From Dehalococcoidia bacterium (GTDB lineage: Bacteria; Chloroflexota; Dehalococcoidia; Lucifugimonadales; Lucifugimonadaceae), in contig OZ241984.1 in assembly GCA_965204385.1 (NCBI GenBank), positions 2,644,984 through 2,708,983 of the forward strand: a DNA stretch of 64,000 nucleotides, in the 5' to 3' direction. Below, in pieces: positions 27,021 to 38,472 of the stretch (its first letter is position 1; each line of letters opens with the position of its first letter). The translations under genes and the position numbers were made by a program. The notes beneath the pieces are model-generated. The model saw only the letters and a program-made list of their open reading frames with translations. It made no database searches and was not told the origin of the DNA.

Positions 27021-29114
27021 CTATTTGATCACTACTTCCTGTTGCATCCCGTTCTGTTGTTCCAGTCCGCCGAGCACCGAGGTGTAGGGGAACTCGATCC
27101 GTGACGGGCGGTACGCGTCCAACTTCGGTGTGGTGAATAGCGGCACGTAGGGCAGTTCTTCGGCTAGGAATTCTTGGAGTTGGAAAACCTTTTCGCGCGC
27201 TCCATCGATGGTCGTTTCAGAGAGCAGTCCAAGAGAGAGTTCGTCGAACTGGTTGTTGGCGTATCCGCCCCAGTTGTAACCGCCGCCGATCTCCGGGGAG
27301 TGTCTGCTGTGGAAGAAGTTCTCGAGGTAGTCCGGGAAGATCGAGAGTCCCCATCCGAGCATCCACATGTCGAGGTCTTCCGCGACGGTATCGCTGAAGA
27401 GCTCGTCTACGATCACGTTGAAACCGGTGAGGTGGGCGCGGACCGGTATCCCGATGTCGTTCATCCACCGGTCGGCCCAGATCGCGAATGTAGACCGCAT
27501 GGGATCGTATCCCGCGCTTGGCGCTATAAGCGTCATCTCGGGTACCGGCGTGCCGTCGGGCATCTTGAGACCCTTGCCTTGCTTGGCGACGAAGTTGCCG
27601 TCCTCGCTGATCTCTGGCTCTTCCTCGTATGTGAATCCCGCGCTCTTGAGAAGCTCGACGGCTTGGGCTATCCGCTCGCCGCGGCTCAAGTCCTTGCCGT
27701 AGGTCGGCACGTCTGCGTTGTGCCAGAACTCGTTGCCCTCGGGCACCATCGCATAGACAGGTATGGCCGCGTCTTGGAGGACTGTCCTTGCGACGAACTC
27801 CTTGTCGATTACCGTGGCGATGGCTTGTCTGAACTCGGTGATGTCCATCGGTGGTTTACGGACGTTGAAGCCGATGTATCGGACGCCGTTGTTGGCGTTC
27901 GTGGCAATCTGAAGGTCAGGGGTGTTCCTGACGCGGTCGAGGAAGCCTTTTTCGAGTCCTAGCGGGTTGAATACGTAGTCGATGTCGCCCTTTGTGAGAG
28001 CTAGGATCGCCGCATCTTGGTTGCCGTAGATGCTGAAAAGTTCGGACTCGACGTGTGGCCCGACGGTGTACTCGAGGACCTTGTCGCCGCCGGCTTCTCC
28101 GAAGTAGGTTGCGGAGTGTCCTGTTCGGTCATTGGACACCGAGTAGGCACCGTTGTCGTACAACGTGACTACCGTTCCGCTGTCGAAGTAGTTTGGATCG
28201 GTGTTGTTCTCGAAGAAAGCGCCGGGCTCCCACTTGTTAAAGGTGAAGCCGCCGAGTGTAGGCTCACCTTCGGGCACGTGCGCGAACAGTGCTTCTTGCT
28301 GCTGCTCGGCCTCACCAGCTTTTTTGGCCTCATCGACAACCGGTGCCCAGTAGTGCTCAGCGAGCACGGGCATGAAGCCGAGGCCGAATTGCCAGACGCT
28401 CAACCCGGGTGTCTGCGGATTGCCTTCTTCATCCGCGGTCTTGAAGTAGACCTTCAGCGTGTGAGAGTCAAGTGCTTCGACGCGGTCGAGGAAGGCTTGG
28501 TCGACCACTGATGCCCAGTTCGACGAGAGGTTCAAGTCCATGACGGTGTTAACGGTGAAGACGAAATCGTTTGCGTCCAGAGTTTCGCCGTCGCTCCACG
28601 CGACGTCGTTCCTGATGGGAACTTCTGCGGTCCAGAACTCGCCGTCACCGACGGTCTCTTTGATCAAATCTGTCGGGAAGTCGGCTGCGAGGCCCGGTAC
28701 CCAATCAAATCGCTGGTCGGAGTACCCGTACAACGCGCCGGAGTGACCGTCGAGCACGTACTGGGTCCATACAGAACCGGCTGGGCCGCCGTAATAGTTC
28801 CAGAAGTTCCTAGAGATCGGTTCCTCGAAAATGCCCATCTGGTAGATCGGCGGGCCCGCTGAAACCTCCGGCTCAGGAGTGGGTTCGACAATCTTTTCGA
28901 CTTCGACGATCTTCTCCACCACCTTTTCGACCTCGACCTCTTTGATGACCTCCTTCTCCACCTCCACTTCTTTGATGACTTCCACCGGCACCTCTTTGAT
29001 GATGGTGACGGGTTCCGGTTCATCTTGGCAAGCAGCAAGCAACACCGTTGCCAATACTGCCAATGTCAAGACCGTTTTTGTGGGCGTTTGGGGCGCCGGC
29101 AACGATAGCTTCAT
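27021..29114 (-). CDS. oppA: ABC transporter substrate-binding lipoprotein, family 5 (peptide/nickel type)
   Basis: Lipobox 'VLLAAC' after MKLSLPAP (ATG 29114), a long VE/K-rich tether, then an SBP_bac_5-like body. The 203 upstream codons of ORF 27021..29723 run through repeats and into the neighbouring gene and were rejected. Confidence 0.85.
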   Translation of the reverse strand: MKLSLPAPQTPTKTVLTLAVLATVLLAACQDEPEPVTIIKEVPVEVIKEVEVEKEVIKEVEVEKVVEKIVEVEKIVEPTPEPEVSAGPPIYQMGIFEEPISRNFWNYYGGPAGSVWTQYVLDGHSGALYGYSDQRFDWVPGLAADFPTDLIKETVGDGEFWTAEVPIRNDVAWSDGETLDANDFVFTVNTVMDLNLSSNWASVVDQAFLDRVEALDSHTLKVYFKTADEEGNPQTPGLSVWQFGLGFMPVLAEHYWAPVVDEAKKAGEAEQQQEALFAHVPEGEPTLGGFTFNKWEPGAFFENNTDPNYFDSGTVVTLYDNGAYSVSNDRTGHSATYFGEAGGDKVLEYTVGPHVESELFSIYGNQDAAILALTKGDIDYVFNPLGLEKGFLDRVRNTPDLQIATNANNGVRYIGFNVRKPPMDITEFRQAIATVIDKEFVARTVLQDAAIPVYAMVPEGNEFWHNADVPTYGKDLSRGERIAQAVELLKSAGFTYEEEPEISEDGNFVAKQGKGLKMPDGTPVPEMTLIAPSAGYDPMRSTFAIWADRWMNDIGIPVRAHLTGFNVIVDELFSDTVAEDLDMWMLGWGLSIFPDYLENFFHSRHSPEIGGGYNWGGYANNQFDELSLGLLSETTIDGAREKVFQLQEFLAEELPYVPLFTTPKLDAYRPSRIEFPYTSVLGGLEQQNGMQQEVVIK

Positions 29115-29290
29115 GACTAAACTCCCTCGCTTCTGATGACAGTCTACAGGCGATACGAAGCCGCCTCTCATTTTGGTGACGCGTTGAAGGAGACCGTTGC
29201 AGAACCTTCCCCCTTTGCCCAAATCGGCAAGGGGGAATTGAAGGGTGTTTAGACGCGGATCTGGCACTCCCTGCGAACTGCGACGCGCTG

Positions 29291-29500
29291 CCCCGGCGCC
29301 TCTGGATGGGTGTTCCGTGCCGTCAACGGTCGGCTTTCGCCGGAATGCTGTGAGTTTTGCGAGGGGCTCGTGGATCGGGGGCAACCCGGCGGCGCGTCCG
29401 GCCCGGGGCACTCCCTTTAAATCCCCCTCGGAGAGGGGGAGGGAAAGTAGCTTCGCTCTGCGTCCCCTTTCGCTCAGCGAAAGGGGACGCAGGTGTTGGT
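29291..29500. repeat. Composite intergenic repeat (family B core plus family A-like 'cgctctgcgtcccctttcgctcagcgaaaggggacgc' hairpin)
   Basis: Shares 'cggctttcgccggaatg' with family B. It shares the 'gcgtcccctttcgct...gcgaaaggggacg' hairpin with 38935-38968. Confidence 0.6.
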
Positions 29501-32500
29501 TTAGGGGAGGGTTATGGTGGCGTGGACGCGTTCGCCTTTGCCGGTTTCGTTTTGGCCCCTTACCCAGATCAAGTATGTGCGGCCCGGCTCCAGTTTGTTG
29601 TATGTGACCTTGGTCTTGGTAGCCTTGGGCCTCTTGGTTTTGCCGCTGCCGTGCTCGCCGTCTTCGGGTTTGAGATGGACGATGTAGCCGTTGGGCGCGC
29701 CGCCGGTTTCCGGTGCGCTCCACGTCACCGTTACGCTGTCCTCCGTCCGGGCAGTGACCTCAATTGAGACGACTGGGCCGGGCAGTTCGACCGTCTGTTG
29801 CTGTAGCTCAAACTGCGCTGCGGGGACCGTCACATCGAAGGTGTGGCTGACGCTGTTGCCGTCGGAATCCTGCGCGGTCACCGTGATCGTCGCCGTGCCT
29901 TCGCTCTTTCCGGTAACGGTCAGAGTCGAATAGTCGGCAGAGACTGATGCCGTGGCTACCGCATCGCTCGACGAATTCGCCGTCACCGTCAGCCCGTCTC
30001 CGTCGGCGTCGGTGAAGACGCCGGAGAGGGAGACTTCGTGGGGCGCGTCGATCTCCAGTTCGCTCACGTCGGCGATGGCGGATGCCACCACTGGCGCGGC
30101 TTTCACCGTGACGGTGAAGGTGTCGTCGACTGTTCCGCCGTTGCCGTCGTCGGCGGTTGCTGTGATCGTCGCCGTGCCGCGTGACTGGGCGGAAACCGTG
30201 AGCGTGGAGTAGTCGGAAGCGACGGACACGGTTGCGACGCTGTCGTCTGAGGATGCGGCGGTGATCGTCAGGTCGTCGCCGTCTGCGTCGTCGAAGACGC
30301 CGGACAGCGAAACTTCGCGTGTGCCGCTCGTGTTGACGATGGTGGCGTCCGAGATCGCGTTCGCAACCGTGGGCGCCTGGTTCGCAGGGGCCGGCACCGT
30401 GACGTCGAAAGCGTCGCTGACGCTGTTGCCGTCGGAATCCTGCGCGGTCACCGTGATCGTCGCCGTGCCTTCGCTCTTTCCGGTAACGGTCAGAGTCGAA
30501 TAGTCGGCAGAGACTGATGCCGTGGCTACCGCATCGCTCGACGAATTCGCCGTCACCGTCAGCGCGTCTCCGTCGGCGTCGGTGAAGACGCTGGAGAGAG
30601 AGACTTCGTGGGTTGCCTCGATCGCCAAACTGCTCACGTCGGCGATGGCGGATGCCACCACTGGCGCGGCTTTCACCGTGACGGTGAAGGTGTCATCGAC
30701 TGTTCCGCCGTTGCCGTCGTCGGCGGTTGCTGTGATCGTCGCCGTACCCCGCGTCTTGGCCGTAACCGTGAGCGTGGAGTAGTCGGAAGCGACGGACACG
30801 GTTGCGACGCTGTCGTCTGAGGATACGGCGGTGATCGTCAGGTCGTCTCCGTCTGCGTCGTCGAAGACGCCGGACAGCGAAACTTCGTGGGTGCCGCTCT
30901 CGTTGACGATGGTGGCGTCGGCTATGGAGCTTGCGACGGTGGGTGCCTCGTTGGGCGCGCCGACGGGCGTGGTGTGCACTCCCTTGGTCCGCACCCACTT
31001 GCTGGAATCCCCGCTTCGCTCGCTCATGTTGTTGCGATGCCCGACCGTGGAGCGGATGAAGACGCCGGTGGCGACATCGTTTTTGAGTCCGGTGATGGTG
31101 TATGTCTTCACGCCTGGGTCGACGGACACGCCGTCGTTCTTTCCGACGGCTCTGGGGTCTCGGTGGTTTGCCCATACGCCGAACTCTTGGCTCCAGCGCA
31201 GGGCGTGCCAGATCTCCGAGTCCTCGTAGCCTTCGCGTGAGGAGATGTTCCAAGTCACGGTCAGCGTGCCGTCGCCGGGGACCACCTGGATGTTCCACGG
31301 CTCCAGCCCCACGTCGTCGTTGACGATGGTGACGGCCGTCGTGCCGGTCTTGCCGGGCTCGACGGCCCAGAGCGGCTCGCCGACGTGCGTGAGCGTTACG
31401 GTGAGGCGTTCGTCCGCCTCGATCTCCTCGTCCTGGACGGTGGGCACACTGATGGTCGCGCTCCGCTGGCCCTCCGGCACCGTGACCGTGCTGACTATCT
31501 CGCCCACGTCATCGGCGGTCACGCCGTCGCCGTAGTCGGTCGTCACGTTGAACGTCACGCCGCCGCTGGTCGCGGGGCTGCCGAGGCTGACGGTGACCTG
31601 TCCCGTTTCGCCCTCTGTCACGCGCAGGTCCGGGTTCACGCTGAAGGTGCGCGGCGGCGGGTCGATGATGACGAGGTGGGTTTTGCTCTGGTCGCCGTTG
31701 GTTACCCTGACCCACACGTATGTGTTGGCCTTGTGGGCGTTTAGCGGGATCGCCCCGGTCAGGCCGTTTGCGCCCACCGCGGTGAAGGTGTTGGGCGGTT
31801 GGTCGTATGTCCCCTTGCCGTACTCGATCGTGCTTCCGGGCCAGTCCCCGCGCAGCAGCAGCTTGGCGTGGGTGGTGATCGCCTTCTCCCTGGTGTTGAT
31901 GCTGACGAACTCGCCCGGGATGACGGCGACCAGCGCCTGGCCGAGCGTCGCGTGGGGCTTGGCCTGCGCGATGTCCCAGCGGACGAAGCCGTCCACCGGC
32001 TGCCCGTTCTTCATCTCGTCGTAGTGGACGCGCACCTTTTGCAGGCCGGTGGTGACCGGGATGATGCGCACCCCGACCTTTGAAAACGCGCCCCAGGCCA
32101 GGGCGCCGCCTGTCTCCACCCAGGTCCAGGTGTTGGTGTTGCCCACCCGGTTCTCGTGGCGGATGGGCAGCCGGATCGACTGGCCGTTGTCCGTCAGCTC
32201 CAGGGTCGTGCCGTTGAGGTCGACGGTTCCGCCGTGCTCCTCCACGGTCAGTGTGACGCGGCGGGAGACCTCGTCGTGGCCGTGCCGAGCCACGAACTCG
32301 ACGGTGAGCTCCTTGATGTAGTAGCTGCGCAGCCCGCCGTACTTGGGCGCGTTGACCGAGAATCGGTTTCCTCCGATGACGCTGGGGTCGCCGCAGTCGA
32401 TGTCGCCGCCGCATCCGGCCTTGGCGTGGCTGTTGTTGATGCTGCGTGCAATCATGGTCGGCTGCCACTCCGTCACGCTGGGGCCGACCGGGTTCAGGTA

Positions 32501-35500
32501 GAGGCCCACGTCGACCAGCTGGTCGACCGCGTGCTCGTTCAGGGCGATGCCGGAGTCGAACCATTGGACGGTGTCCCCGTCGTCGTTCAACACGCCGTCC
32601 CGGAGCGGGAACGAGCGCCCGTCGAAGACGAGCGTCAGGCTGTTGCGCAGGCTCTCCGGGATTGCCTGCGTGAAGGTCAGGACCAGGGTTCTCGGCACGT
32701 TGTCGCCCAGGGACCTGGACCACATAGCGAAAATCCTGACTCCGCCGTATTGCCTGGAGGCCCGCCAGTCGTTGTCGCCCCGGCTTTCCGTGTCGGTTGA
32801 GGACCAGCCGGGCGCGCCGGCGAAGTAGAACGTGTCCTGCGAGAGCGTGGACGTGTCGTTGCAGCGGTCGCCCTCAGCGACATCAGTGTGGTTTTCGCAG
32901 CCCAGGAAGGACCCGTCGTCATAGAGGTCCCGCATGATCAATACGGAGGTCCAGACAGTGTTCCCGAGCTGCCCTGCCGCTCCGCCGCCGCCCGCCGACA
33001 GCACGAACAGGTAATTCTCGATAGTCCCAGAGAGCGCCGTTACAGCCACAGTGACTCTGCCCGCGCGCACCGGGATGGCGGCGCTGGACGCGCCGCTGGC
33101 CGTCGCCACTGTGTTCACCGTCATCGTGGCCTCGGGGTGATTCGCGGTGGGGGTGAACTTGACGTGGGTCGCGTTGGGCGAGATCTCAAACGTGTAGGTG
33201 CGCGTGGCCGGATCGAACTCCGGGCTCAGCTTGCCGCTGCCGGGGAAGGTCGTGCCGCCGTCCGCGCTGAAGCTGAACGACAGCGCGCTCAGCGTCGTGT
33301 CGTGGGGGTTGACCCTCACCGCCACGGAGGCGATGGAGAGGCTGCTCGGGTACTTCGGGTCGGTGCTCGTGGCGGCGTGCGTGATCGTGGACGAGCCCCC
33401 GGACACGCCCGTCACCGTGAACGTCTGCGCCACGTTCCAGTTGGTCGCCGTGAACGTGCGCGAGGCCGGCGCCACCGTCGCGTACGCCGGTGTGCCGCTG
33501 GTCGCCGCCACCACGACGCTCGCCGTGGGCTGCGAGTCCAGCACCACCGTGTAGGTCGTTGTCGCTCCGTCCTCGACGTCGCGCGTGGTCTCGCTGACCG
33601 TCACCCCGGCGGTGTCGTCGTCGCTGATCGTCAGCGTCACGCCCGTGACGGTCAGGCCGCTCACGGTGGTCGTGAGGATGACCGTCTCGTTGTCCTCGTC
33701 GACGTCGTCGTTGACGATCGTGACCGTACCCGTGGCGGAGCTCTGGCCCACGGCGATCGTGAATGCCGCGGGCAGCGAGTAGTCCGCCGTGGCCGTGGCG
33801 GTGCCTGTGGCGGTCAGCGTCACCGATACGGCCGTCGTGGCCGGCCGGTTCAGGGTGGCCGTGACCGTGACCGAGCCGCCGCTCTCGGCGATGGTGTTGC
33901 TCGCCGCGTTCGTCGTCAGCGCCAGCGTGCTGGGAGGCTGCGGCGTGACCGTCACCGCCACGGAGCCGATGGAGAGGCTGCTCGGGTACTTCGTGTCGGT
34001 GCTCGTGGCGGCGTGCGTGATCGTGGATGAGCCCGCGGCCACGCCCCTCACCGTGAAGGTCTGCGCCGTGTTCCAGTTCTGGGGCGTGAACGTCCGCGAC
34101 GCCGGCGCCACCGTGGCGTTGGCCGGCGTGCCGCTGGTCGGGGTGATCGTGACGTTCGCCGTGGGTTTCGAGTTCAGCACCACCGTGTAGGTCGTCGTCA
34201 TCGGCACCTGGACCGAGCGCGCGGTCTGGCTGACCGTCACCCCGGCGGTGTCGTTGTCCGTGATCGTCAGCGTCACCGGCGTGACCGTGAGGCCGCTCAC
34301 CGAAGTCGTGAGGATGACCGTCTCGTTGGCCTCGTCGATGTCGTCGTCGACGATCGTGACCGTGCCCGTGGCGAAGCTCTGGCCGGCGGCGATGGTGAAG
34401 GCCGAGGGCAGCGAGTAGTCCGTCGTCCCGGTGGCCGTGCCCGTGGCCGTCAGCGTGACCGAGACGGCCGTAGTCGCCGGCCGGTTCAGGGTGGCCGTGA
34501 CCGTCACCGTGCCGCCGTCCTCGGCGACGATGTTGTCCCCCGCGGTCGTCGTCAGCGCCAGCGTGGTGGGCGCCGTCTGCGAGGCGGCCATGACGGAGGC
34601 CGTCACCGAGGCGATGGTGATGCCGCTATAAGCCGTATCGGTGCTCGTGGCGGCGTGCGTGATCGTGGACGAGCCCGCCGCCACACCCGTGACCGTGACG
34701 GTCTGCGTCTGGTTCCAGTTGGTCGTCGTGAACGTCTTTGCCTGGTTGGTGACGGTGGCCACGCCCGTCGTGCCGCTGGTGGGCGTGACGACGACGCTCG
34801 CCGTGGGCGCCTTGTTGAGCTTGATCGTGTAGGTCGTCGTCGAGCCTGTGACCACGCTGGCGAACGTCTTGCTGACTATCACCCCCGCGGCGGGCGTGGC
34901 GGTGGGCGTGCCCGTCTGCGAGCTGGACCAGTCGCCCCAGCCGTTGCCGCTCTCCGGCTGCCCGTCCGTCGCCCGTACCTGCACGTGGTAGGACGTGCCG
35001 TTCGTCAGCCCCGTGATCTCGGCCGTGCCGTTCGTGCCCGAGGGCGTGATCGTGACCCAGCCCGTGGACGGGTCGCCCGCCGTGGTCGCGGTCTGGTTGC
35101 TCGCCGTCGTCACCTTGTAGCGGAGCTCGTAGCCCGTCACCGGCCCCACCGGCTTCGACCACGACGCCGTCAGCTTCTGCGCCCCCGCCGTCAGCGACAG
35201 GCCCGACGGCGCCGCCGGCGGGTCGTTGTCCCAGATGGTCACCAGGGTCGTGGCAGCCGTGCCCACGGTGTAGCCCGTGCCCGCGTTGAGCGTGATCTTG
35301 AACGTCTCATGCTCCTCGTTCACCGAGTCGTCCTCAATATTAATTTGGGGCATGAACGTGTACGTAGCGCCGGCTGCCGCCGTGAACGTCGTGGGATAAC
35401 CCGTCTCCAGGTCCGCGCTCAGGCTGGCCGGGTTGGTGTCGCCCGCCGCAACGGTGACCGAGCCGCTGATAGCGGTCTCGGTCTGGGTCTGGAGCCGCTC

Positions 35501-38462
35501 ACCGACAAGTCCCCCTTCAGAAACGGTGCGCCCTGCAGCCAAACTGATCGTAACCACAGGCGTCCCGGTGCCGAACGCCCAGGCGCCGTCTCCGCTGCTG
35601 CTCTCGGCGCGCACCCGCCACCGGTAGGTACGGCCGTTGTCCAAGCTTGAGAGCGTCTGCGACGCCGTGGGCGGCGAGGTCTCCGTGCCGCGCGCGGCCG
35701 CGACCCAGGCCGTAGCCGGATTGCTGCCCGAAGCCGCCGCGTCGTTGGCCACCATCCCCGTGCCCGTCGACGGGGCATAGGTGTAGTGCACGTCGTAGCC
35801 GGTCAGTGTCCCGGCAGGCGCGGTCCAGCTCAACGCAAGCGAACCATCACCCGCGTCGGCGGACAGCGCCGTGGGCGCGGCCGGCGTGACCGTCACCATC
35901 ACGGAGCCGATGGAGAGGCTGCTCGGATACTTCGTGTCCGTGCTCGTCACGGCGTGGGTGATCGTGGATGAGCCCGCGGCCACGCCCGTCACCGTGAACG
36001 TCTGTGCCGTGTTCCAGTTGGTCGCCGTGAACGTGCGCGACGCCGGCGCCACCGTGGCGTTGGCCGTCGTGCCGCTGGTCGCCCCCACCACGACGTTGGC
36101 CGTGGGTTTCGAGTTCAGCACCACCGTGTAGGTCGTAGTCGAGGCCGCCTGGACCGAGCGCGTGGTCTGGCTGACCGTCACCCCGGCGGTGTCGTCGTCC
36201 GTGATCGTCAGCGTCACGGGGGTGACCGTGAGGCCGCTCACCGTGGTCGCGAGGATGACCGTCTCGTTGTCCTCGTCGATGTCGTCGTCGACGATCGTGA
36301 CCGTGCCCGTGGCGGAGGTGGAGCCGATGGGGATCGTGAAGGCCGAAGGCAGCGAGTAGTCCGCCGTGCCCGTGGCGGTGCCAGTCGCCGTCAGCGTCAC
36401 CGAGACCGCCGTCGTGGCGGCGCGGTTGAGGGTGGCCGTCACCGTGACGTTGCCGCCGTCCTCGGCGATGGTGTTGCTCGCCGCGTTCGTCGTCAGCGCC
36501 AGCGTCGTGGGCGGCTGCGCCGTGCTGTACATGGGCTGCCGCTCCCCGCCGTTCACCTGGATTTGCCGCACGTTGTTGGAGCTGGTCCACGTAGACCCCG
36601 ACGGCGACGCCGAGTTCTGCCAGCGTGCGGTGTTCGCGATGCCCCAATCGGTCTCGTACCCCGTATCCTCAGAGGTCGACGTCGTCCAGTCGATATTGAG
36701 GCGGCCACTTTGGGTTAGGGTCGGGTCGTAGAGCACGAAGTGGTAGGTCGTGTTTGCTGCAAGGTGGGTGCCCGCGGGCGCAGTGAAGACTTCGATGGAC
36801 CTGCTGTTGACCCCAAGGGAAGATGGCCTCGTCAGGTCGGCGAGCTTGGCGTTGGGGGAGCCGTTGTTGTCGGACCACAGCTCCCCGGTAAGGCTCGTGA
36901 TGACGATGTTCTCGACGATTTGGATTAGGACGACCCCGATGCTGGTCAGCGCGTACCCGTCGCTGTGGGCGCCCGTCCTGAACGCCTGGGCGTGCGTGAA
37001 AGCGAAGCCGCCCTTTTGCGGGCCCGCGGGCGTCTGCCCCGTGTTGCTCACCAGCGTCGACGGCGCAAGGACCGTGGCCGTGACGGAGGGGAGGCTCAGG
37101 CTGCTCCCGTAGTTCGTGTCCGTGCTGGACGCCGCGTGCGTGATCGTCGACGTCCCCGCCGTCACGCCCGTGATGGTGACCTCCTGCGCGTCGTTCCAGT
37201 TGGTCGTGGTGAAGGTGAGGGCGCTGGAGACCGTCGCCACGCCCGTCGTGCCGCTCGACGGCGTGATGGTGACCGAGGCTGTGGGCTGCGTGTTGAGCTT
37301 GACCTCGTACACCTCCGTGGAGCCGTCGATGACGCCGACGGCGGTGGAGCTGAGGGTGATGCCGGGCGTGGCCGTCTTGGCGGCGCCCTTGACGCTGAAG
37401 GACAGCACCTCGCTGTTGCCCAGTTCCGTCCAGGGGACAAACTGGTTGCCGGTGTGGGTGTTAGCGGTGTTCGCGATGCTGAAGCCCGCAGCTTTGCCTG
37501 CGTCCTCATTGTCGCTCTCCGTACCGCTGAGCAGGAGATTCACTCCCCCGGTCCAGGCGCTTGAACCGATCACCACGTAGTACGTCGTGCTTGCCGCGAG
37601 GGTGGTGCCCGTGGGCGCAGCGAAGGTCACGGGCCCCGTCGTCACGCTCGATGCCGTCGATGGCACGACCAGGTCCGCAAGCTTGGTGCCCAGGTCGTCA
37701 AGACCGGTGGTCAGCGCCGCACCGCCTGAAGTCCACACCGACGCGGTCAGCGTGCCCAGGTGAGCGTCCGTCAGGCTTGCAGTTTTGGTGGCGACATGGA
37801 AGTCGATGCCCGTGAGCGTGTAGCCGGCGGCGTTGCTCCCCGTCGTGAACGCGGTGACGTACTCATCGCTGGGCCGGTAACCGCCTGAGCCCGTTGCCTG
37901 CCCCACATTGCTGACCAGGCTGTCGGTCGCGGCGCGCGTGACGACGATGGTGTAGGTCTTGGTCGTCGTGCCGTCCTGGGCCGTGACCTTGACGTTGATC
38001 TCGTTCGCGCCCACGTCCAGCGCGAGCGCGCTGCTGGCCGAGCCGCTCGTCACCGTCGCCAGGGTGGTCCCCTTGCCCGCCTGGATGGTCGCGCTGGCGT
38101 GGTTCCTGGTAGGCGTGACCTTGATGTGCGTGACGCTGTTGGTCACCGTGGCGATGTAGTCCTCGGTGGCCGCGGCGAACGCGGGGTCGAGGGTGAGCGT
38201 GCCCGTGAAGGACGAGCCGTCGGTGCTGGTGCTGCCGGTGAGGGCGCTGAGGGTGGCGTCGGTGGACTGGGCCTGTGCATGGGCGGGCGGCGCGTGGTTG
38301 ACGAAGAAGACCGACAGCGCAAAGAGCGCGACGGTCAGGAGGAGGAGCGGAGAGAGGCGGAGGGCTAGGTTAGAACGGTTGTTTGAATATAGGGGGGGGG
38401 GTAACTGGCATGGTCGACCGCAAGACGTGTGTCTTGCTGTTGTGGTTTCCGGTGTCGAGCAT
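29501..38462 (-). CDS. Giant secreted repeat protein (cadherin-like beta-sandwich, Calx-beta, FN3, Ig-like domains); its 5' end needs a -1 correction in a G10 tract
   Basis: The continuous frame runs 29501..38467 (the track starts it at GTG 38146). It encodes a signal peptide 'RSNLALRLSPLLLLTVALFALSVFFVNHAPPAHA/QAQ' with no in-frame ATG/GTG/TTG. ATGs at 38462 (SD AGGAGG, 10-nt spacer) and 38411 lie in the adjacent frame. Calx-beta signatures 'TADYSLP..FTI..G....TVTIVDDDIDE.NETV'. FN3 'LSWTAP...GY.V.Y'. There is no LPXTG at the C-terminus. Confidence 0.8.
29819..30958. repeat. Tandem 570-bp duplication (2 copies) inside the giant gene
   Basis: Antisense shadow ORFs repeat at exactly +570 nt (29691/30261/30831 and 29952/30522). 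The encoded 190-aa units 'APTVA..I.DATIVN.SGT.EVSLSGVFDDADGDDLTITA...' are about 93% identical, with stretches over 150 nt identical. Confidence 0.85.
38392..38401. repeat. G10 (C10 on the coding strand) homopolymer at codons 4-7 after ATG 38411
   Basis: Run length is confirmed by the plus-strand ORF 38166..38513, which reads '...EYRGGGNW...' (agg ggg ggg ggt). Confidence 0.95.
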
Positions 38463-38472
38463 GGTTGTCATG

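Noticed and set aside
29115-29723. N-terminal 203-codon extension of the 900-aa ORF 27021..29723 (Arg/Pro-rich).
   Set aside because: It runs through the intergenic repeat elements and overlaps the 3' end of the giant gene. A proper ATG, lipobox and signal peptide start at 29114.
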